This document shows, in pieces, positions 58,594 to 64,000 of a stretch of 64,000 nt of DNA (position 1 is its first letter; every line of letters starts with the position of its first letter). Source of the stretch: an uncultured Gemmatimonadales bacterium (GTDB taxonomy: Bacteria > Gemmatimonadota > Gemmatimonadetes > Longimicrobiales > RSA9); assembly GCA_963783305.1 (NCBI GenBank), contig CAWAMW010000002.1, forward strand, positions 736,001 to 800,000, in the 5' to 3' direction. A program made the translations under genes and the position numbers. Below the pieces are notes generated by a model. That model was not told the DNA's origin. It saw only the letters and a program-made list of their open reading frames with translations, and made no database searches.

Positions 58594-59364
58594 ATGACGC
58601 GCTGGGTCAAATGGCTGCTCATCGCCAACATCGTCGCCTTCATCCTGGCGCCGCCAGGATCCACTCTCTACCAGCTCCTGATGTTCGTGCCCGCCTGGGT
58701 GCTGACGCGGCCGTGGACCATCCTGACCTACATGTTCCTGCACGGCGGGTTCATGCACATCCTCTTCAACATGATCGGTCTCTACTTCTTCGGGCCGCGG
58801 CTGGAAGCACGGATCGGCTCCCGTGACTTCCTGATCCTGTACCTCGTGGCCGGCATCGCCGGCGCCCTGCTCTCGTTCGTCCTGGAGCCACGGGCCGCCA
58901 TTGTGGGCGCGTCCGGCGCGGTGTTCGGGGTGCTCCTGGGCTTCGCCATGTTCTGGCCCCACGAGCGGATCTACATCTGGGGGATCCTGCCCGTACCCGC
59001 TCGAATGATGGTCCTCGGTCTCGCCGCTCTCTCCATCTACTCCGGGTTCCAGGGAGCCGGCTCCGGCATCGCCCACTTCGCGCACCTCGGCGGGTTCGCC
59101 GGCGCGTGGGGCTATCTCAAGATCCGGGAGCGGCGGTCCGGCGCATTCAAGCGCAAGGCCACCCGCGGCGCCCACCCGACGGCCGCCGATCGCATTACGG
59201 GACGGGCGAGCCGCGACGAACGGCAGTGGGACGACATCCGGCTCGAGGATCTCCACGAGATCAATCGACAGGAGGTCGAGCGGATCCGCGCCAAGATCGA
59301 GCAGAGCGGGGGTGGCTCCCTCACGCCGGATGAGCGCGCGTTCATGACGCGCATGTCCAGCTGA
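58594..59364 (+). CDS. Rhomboid family intramembrane serine protease
   Basis: YMFLHG..HILFNM, VGASGA, AHFAHLGG. Confidence 0.93.
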   Translation: MTRWVKWLLIANIVAFILAPPGSTLYQLLMFVPAWVLTRPWTILTYMFLHGGFMHILFNMIGLYFFGPRLEARIGSRDFLILYLVAGIAGALLSFVLEPRAAIVGASGAVFGVLLGFAMFWPHERIYIWGILPVPARMMVLGLAALSIYSGFQGAGSGIAHFAHLGGFAGAWGYLKIRERRSGAFKRKATRGAHPTAADRITGRASRDERQWDDIRLEDLHEINRQEVERIRAKIEQSGGGSLTPDERAFMTRMSS

Positions 59365-59374
59365 AGGTCCCCGC

Positions 59375-60274
59375 CTACGGCGAACGAGCCTGCCATTCGC
59401 GAAAGACCTCGTCGGCGCTCTCCAGGAACAGCGGGTGCTCCGGCTTCCAGCCCAGGTCGCGCGCGCGAGCGCACCCCATCACCTGATCCATCGTCAGCGC
59501 GTCGGCGAAATCACCCATGGACTCCCGGGCGTCCTCCACCCGCACCCGCAGGGTCTCGCCACCGGCTCCGGCCGCGCGGCTCGCCGACACCGCCAGATTC
59601 CCCACCAGCGCCGCCTCCTCCGCGCAGTGGAAAATACCGCCCGCCTGTGCCTCGATCACCATCCGGTAGAGCCGCGCCACGTCCCCGCGGTACACGGGCG
59701 ACCAGTGGTTCGCGCCATCACCCACGAACTCCGCCGCGCCCCCGGACTCAGCCGACGCGAAAAAGCTCGCAAAGGCCCCTTCCGTTCCTCCGTACACCAT
59801 CCCCGGCCGGATCACCGCCGTGGTCAGCCCCGCACCCGCCGCCTCCAGAACACGGGCCTCCTGCGCAGGGCGCCACGCCACCATTTCGGGCGCTCCCTCC
59901 GTGGAGGAATCCTCGTCCGCAGGCTCCGGCCCCGTCTCCCCCAGCACGAAGCACCCCGACGTATAGACCAGCACCTGGGCACCACCCGCATCCGCCGCCG
60001 CCAGCAGCGCAGCCACCGCGGTCCGGTCCACCTCCTCGCGGTCCGACGATTCCTCCGCCGCCACGTGCACCAGCGCGTCCGCCGATTCCAGTTCGTCGCG
60101 GAAGGCGCCCGCATCCCGCAGGTCTCCTACCACCGCCCGGGCCCCAAGCTCCCGGAGGTACGCTGACTTTTCCGCCGTCCGCGTGAGACCCACCACCTCG
60201 TGCCCCGCCTCCACCAGCTCCTCCACGATGGCGCTCCCGATGTACCCCGTAGCACCCGTCACGAATACCTTCAC
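59375..60274 (-). CDS. NAD-dependent epimerase/dehydratase (atypical SDR)
   Basis: VFVTGATGYIG, YTSG, IRPGMVYG. Confidence 0.9.
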   Translation of the reverse strand: MKVFVTGATGYIGSAIVEELVEAGHEVVGLTRTAEKSAYLRELGARAVVGDLRDAGAFRDELESADALVHVAAEESSDREEVDRTAVAALLAAADAGGAQVLVYTSGCFVLGETGPEPADEDSSTEGAPEMVAWRPAQEARVLEAAGAGLTTAVIRPGMVYGGTEGAFASFFASAESGGAAEFVGDGANHWSPVYRGDVARLYRMVIEAQAGGIFHCAEEAALVGNLAVSASRAAGAGGETLRVRVEDARESMGDFADALTMDQVMGCARARDLGWKPEHPLFLESADEVFREWQARSP

Positions 60275-61017
60275 ATTCCACCTCCCTCGGTCGATTCCGC
60301 TCTCATGATACGACGGGCGCGCTCCAGACGCTCCGGGTCCCCGATCTCCAGCCAGAGCGAGCCCGTGATGTCATAGGGCACGATCCGATGGCCGGCGCCC
60401 GCCAGGCGCAGGTAGGGCGCCATGATCGAGAAGGCACCCGACTCCGTCACCAGATCGAAGATGTCGGGGCTCAGCACGTGGATGCCGTCGAACGCCCAGT
60501 CCCGCGCTGCCCCGTGGCGTTCCCGCGCCTCATCCATTCGCCCGTCCCGCAGGTCCACCCGCGCCTGCAGTCCCTGCTGATCGAAACGGAGTGCCCGGCT
60601 CGATTCCCGCTGGCTGACGGCGAGCGTTGCCAGCGGGGCCGAGTCGGTGTGAGCCGTGTACATCGCCTGAAGATCGGCGTCGGAGATGACGTCCACGTTG
60701 TGCAGGAAGAAGGGGGCATTCCGCCGGAAGTGCGGGCGGGCGTGCAGCAGGCCCCCCCCGGTCTCCAGGCGATCCACCGGCTCGAGTGAGAGCCGGACGT
60801 CGACACCGAACCCGTTTCGGTCTTCCACGAACGACCGGATCTGATCGGCATGGTGGTGGAGGTTGATGATGAGCCGGTCGGCACCCACAGCGATCAGGCG
60901 ACGCGCGATCCGCTCGATCATGGGCACACCGGCCACCTCCACCAGCGCCTTGGGGGTGTGGTCGGTGACCGGACGCAGGCGTGTACCGAGACCCGCCGCC
61001 AGGATCATGGCATCCAC
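60271..61017 (-). CDS. MurU-like sugar-phosphate nucleotidyltransferase
   Basis: AMILAAGLGTRLRPVTDHTPKAL, LETGGGL; downstream of the AmgK-like kinase. Confidence 0.88.
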   Translation of the reverse strand: MDAMILAAGLGTRLRPVTDHTPKALVEVAGVPMIERIARRLIAVGADRLIINLHHHADQIRSFVEDRNGFGVDVRLSLEPVDRLETGGGLLHARPHFRRNAPFFLHNVDVISDADLQAMYTAHTDSAPLATLAVSQRESSRALRFDQQGLQARVDLRDGRMDEARERHGAARDWAFDGIHVLSPDIFDLVTESGAFSIMAPYLRLAGAGHRIVPYDITGSLWLEIGDPERLERARRIMRAESTEGGGM

Positions 61018-62489
61018 TATTCCCGCACCTCCGCCTCTACCTCGTCCGGCTCAGGGCGTGGCGGCCAGCTCTCACGCTCCCGGTGCTCCACCTTCACCGC
61101 CACCTCCGGGAAGGTCTCCCGGATGTGCGATGCCAGGCGCTCGGACATGTACACCGAACGATGCTGCCCGCCCGTGCAGCCGAAGGAGATGGTAAGGCTG
61201 CTGAATTCCCGCCGGAGGTATTCCTCGACCTGCGTCTCCACGAGGTGTCGCACACCGCGCCAGAACGAGTGGGCCTCATCCAGGTTCTCCAGGTACCGAA
61301 CCACCGGCTCGTCCAGTCCCGTCTGCGCACGATATTCCTCCTCCCTCCCGGGATTCGGCAGCGCACGGCAGTCGAAAACGTAGCCGCCCCCATGTCCGCC
61401 CTCATCCTGCGGATAGCCCCGCTTGTAGCTGAAGGACGTGATCCGCACGGTCAGCCCCGGCGAGTCGTCTTCCGACTCCGTCTCCGCCCAACGCTCCACG
61501 ATCCGGCCGAACACGGACTCCAGCTCCGGCAGCTCCTGTGGCAGCCCCCGCTCCAGGAGGGAGCGCAGGTTCCTCGCCGCGTACGGCACGCTCTGGAGGA
61601 ACCGCGGCTTTCGCTCGTAGAAGCCCCGGTAGCCGTAGGCACCCAGCGCCTGGAGGATCCGCACGACGACGTAGCCGCGGTAGCGGTTCCGGAACACGTC
61701 GCGGTCGATCTCCACCAGCGGCTCGAGCGAGTCCATGTAATGCTCGAGGAGCTCGTCCCGGAGGGGCTCGGGAATCGCCGCCTTCGCGTCGTAGAGCAGT
61801 GAGGCGACATCGTAGTGGAGGGCTCCGCGCCGGCCGCCCTGGTAGTCGATGAACCACGGCTCGCCCTCCCGCAGCATGATGTTCCGTGACTGGAAGTCGC
61901 GGTACAGGAAGTGGTTGGTATCCGCCTGCAGAAGGAACCAGATCAGCGTACCGAAATCATGCTCGAGCCTCTGCTCGTTGAATGGGATGTGCGCGAGCTT
62001 GAGGAAATGGTACTTGAAGTAGTTCAGGTCCCACCGGATCGACTGCTTGTCGAACGCCGAGCGCGGGTACGCCACGCTGAAGTCGATGCAGCGCCCCCCC
62101 TCGACCTGCAGCCTGGGCAGCTCTTCGAGGACCCGGCGGTAGACCGGCGCCATGGCGCTCGGGAAGGGACCACCCTCCCGGTTTCGCGCCTGCACCAGCG
62201 CGTCGAAAAGCGTCGTGTCCCCCAGGTCCTCCGCCAGCCACACGCCCGCCTCCTCGTCCACATCGTACAGCTCCGGGACGGCGAAGCCCGCCTGCCGCAG
62301 CGACCGCGAGTACGAGAAGAAGGCGCGGTTCTCCTCCGCATCCGGCCCGACCCCGCCGACCGCCGTCTCCATGGCCGGACCGATCAGGCGGAAGTACGTG
62401 CGGCTCGAACCGTCGGCACCGATGTCCACCACCAGCGTCGGTGTGGTGCCAAAATGCCGCTCGAACAGTTTCAGTAAGGGCGTGTGCAT
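61017..62489 (-). CDS. AmgK-like (APH-family) sugar kinase fused to a RapZ C-terminal domain
   Basis: GSSRTYFR, EDLG, YRDFQSRNIM, IDYQG; C-terminal SFSYKRG, FDCRALPNP, GCTGGQHRSV; start uncertain (62549 possible). Confidence 0.88.
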   Translation of the reverse strand: MHTPLLKLFERHFGTTPTLVVDIGADGSSRTYFRLIGPAMETAVGGVGPDAEENRAFFSYSRSLRQAGFAVPELYDVDEEAGVWLAEDLGDTTLFDALVQARNREGGPFPSAMAPVYRRVLEELPRLQVEGGRCIDFSVAYPRSAFDKQSIRWDLNYFKYHFLKLAHIPFNEQRLEHDFGTLIWFLLQADTNHFLYRDFQSRNIMLREGEPWFIDYQGGRRGALHYDVASLLYDAKAAIPEPLRDELLEHYMDSLEPLVEIDRDVFRNRYRGYVVVRILQALGAYGYRGFYERKPRFLQSVPYAARNLRSLLERGLPQELPELESVFGRIVERWAETESEDDSPGLTVRITSFSYKRGYPQDEGGHGGGYVFDCRALPNPGREEEYRAQTGLDEPVVRYLENLDEAHSFWRGVRHLVETQVEEYLRREFSSLTISFGCTGGQHRSVYMSERLASHIRETFPEVAVKVEHRERESWPPRPEPDEVEAEVRE

Positions 62490-62665
62490 CAGACCGTCAG
62501 TATCAGGGTCGTGCCGTGGCATCACAACCGGTGCCGATGACGTCGGCATCCGGTCGCGCGCCGTGTGCTCTCTCTTACACCGGCAGGTGCCATGCCGGCG
62601 GTCGGTTGAAACCGGCACCGGCCGCGCTCGTATGGACATCCGGAGCCAATCACGAGGAGGAAACG

Positions 62666-62896
62666 ATGGAAGAGAGCAAGTCGCTGTTGAGCCGGGTCGT
62701 GAAGTGGATCATCCTCGCGCTGCTGGTCGTCCTGGCGATCAAGATCATCGGTAGCCTGCTGGCGTTCCTGCTCGGGATGGTCGGGATGGCCTTCGGTGTC
62801 GTGGGATTCCTGCTGTTCACGGTCGGGCCGATCGTGCTGATTGGTTGGCTGGCCGTGAAGGCGTGGAAGGCCTTCGCGAAAGAGCCTGCGGTGTAA
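62666..62896 (+). CDS. Small membrane protein
   Basis: SD GAGGAGG; two hydrophobic segments. Confidence 0.75.
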   Translation: MEESKSLLSRVVKWIILALLVVLAIKIIGSLLAFLLGMVGMAFGVVGFLLFTVGPIVLIGWLAVKAWKAFAKEPAV

Positions 62897-62930
62897 CGCG
62901 ACAGGCCGACGTGGCCTTCCCTCCGGATGA

Positions 62931-62964
62931 AGAATCGGCGGCCGCGTGAGCGTCCGCCGATTCT
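62931..62964. terminator. Probable bidirectional terminator hairpin
   Basis: Perfect 11-bp stem AGAATCGGCGG / CCGCCGATTCT between convergent units. Confidence 0.7.
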
Positions 62965-63244
62965 ACGTTCAGGAGGATAAATCTATGTGTGTCACAGAGA
63001 GGGCTCCGGCAAGCCGGTTGACCCTCCCCGGCCGTCGACCTTCCGCGGACCTGTGGTCCCTTTGTTCAGCGCGTCCTGTGGACGCATACGTGCGGCTCCG
63101 CCGCACCCGTTCAGAAGGCCGTCGTTATGTTCAGCACGACCAAGATGCCGCCACGGCCCGCGCCTGTCAGTCGGGTGGTCGCTGAACCTCCGTCGTCGCG
63201 CTCCCGACGACCGTAAGGGCCCCGGCCGTAGGAGGAACTCCCAC

Positions 63245-64000
63245 CTACGACGGCTGCTCGATCCCGAGCACGAGCCGCACGGTGTCACGCGCTATGAGCA
63301 GCTCCTCGTCCGTGGGAATGACCCAGGCGGCGATCCGTGAGTCCTCTTTCGAGATGCGACCGGCGGTCTGGCCGGTGGTGGATGCGTTCGCGTCGTCGTC
63401 CAGCTCGAGCCCGAGCCACTCCAGCCCCTCCATGATCGATGCGCGGATGATCGGTGCATTCTGTCCGATCCCACCCGTGAACACGATGGCCTCGGCACCC
63501 CCCATGGCCGCGAGATAGGCACCGATGTATTTCCGGGCCCGGTAGGTGAAGATCTCGATCGCCAGCCGAGCACGTCGATCGTAGTTCTCCTGGGCCTCCT
63601 CCAGCAGCTCGCGCATATCGTTTGTGAGGCCAGAGATCCCCAGCAGACCGGACTGCTTGTTCAGCAGGTTCTCCACCCCGCGCAGGTCGAGTCCCTCCTT
63701 CACGGAGATGTAGTCCAGCACGGCGGGGTCGACGTCCCCCGAGCGGGTGCCCATGACGAGCCCCTCCAGCGGGGTGAAGCCCATGGACGTGTCGACACTC
63801 TTGCCGTTCCGGATGGCGCAGGCGGAACATCCGTTGCCGAGGTGAAGAGTGACGATGTTCACATCCGTTCGACCCTTCCCCTCCATCCTCCGGTACCGGT
63901 AGGCCACATACCGGTGCGATGTGCCGTGAAACCCGTACCGTCGGATCTTGTGACGGCGGTACAGCGAGTACGGGATGGCGTACAGGTATGAGGTCTCAGG
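63245..64000 (-). CDS. ackA: Acetate kinase (partial; 5' end beyond the window)
   Basis: [50 protein letters not shown]. Confidence 0.95.
   Translation of the reverse strand, partial: PETSYLYAIPYSLYRRHKIRRYGFHGTSHRYVAYRYRRMEGKGRTDVNIVTLHLGNGCSACAIRNGKSVDTSMGFTPLEGLVMGTRSGDVDPAVLDYISVKEGLDLRGVENLLNKQSGLLGISGLTNDMRELLEEAQENYDRRARLAIEIFTYRARKYIGAYLAAMGGAEAIVFTGGIGQNAPIIRASIMEGLEWLGLELDDDANASTTGQTAGRISKEDSRIAAWVIPTDEELLIARDTVRLVLGIEQPS

Overview
High-GC bacterial chromosomal window, densely coding (about 60 CDS). The gene repertoire (TonB-plug/carboxypeptidase-regulatory protein, VPS10-type hydrolases, SARP/AAA/TPR regulator) suggests Gemmatimonadota; this is an inference. Most genes are housekeeping or accessory: pilB/gspE-type ATPase, ABC pair, nfuA, fxsA, PfkB kinase, an aconitase-family fusion, sfsA, ppx, PIG-L plus a solute symporter, MltD-like transglycosylase, tdk, an Rrf2-nirK-nirV-SCO nitrite reduction operon, dodecin, nfo, a GH3 hydrolase, an OPT transporter, rhomboid, murU/amgK-rapZ, and a partial ackA. 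The best candidate for an undescribed system is at about 43.2-49.9 kb. A hypothetical gene is followed by an unannotated 22-aa hydrophobic peptide ORF (44310-44378, perfect Shine-Dalgarno), a multi-TM HD-GYP c-di-GMP phosphodiesterase, a SARP/BTAD-AAA-TPR regulator and a convergent AraC protein. The peptide, receptor and regulator lie in a low-GC block, which looks like a swappable peptide-signalling cassette. The second highlight is a roughly 290-nt structured non-coding RNA candidate with its own promoter and terminator (about 31.72-32.01 kb). Several REP-like and tandem repeats are also present. I saw no rRNA, tRNA, CRISPR, integrase or transposase. All product calls come from motif recognition by eye, not from database searches.
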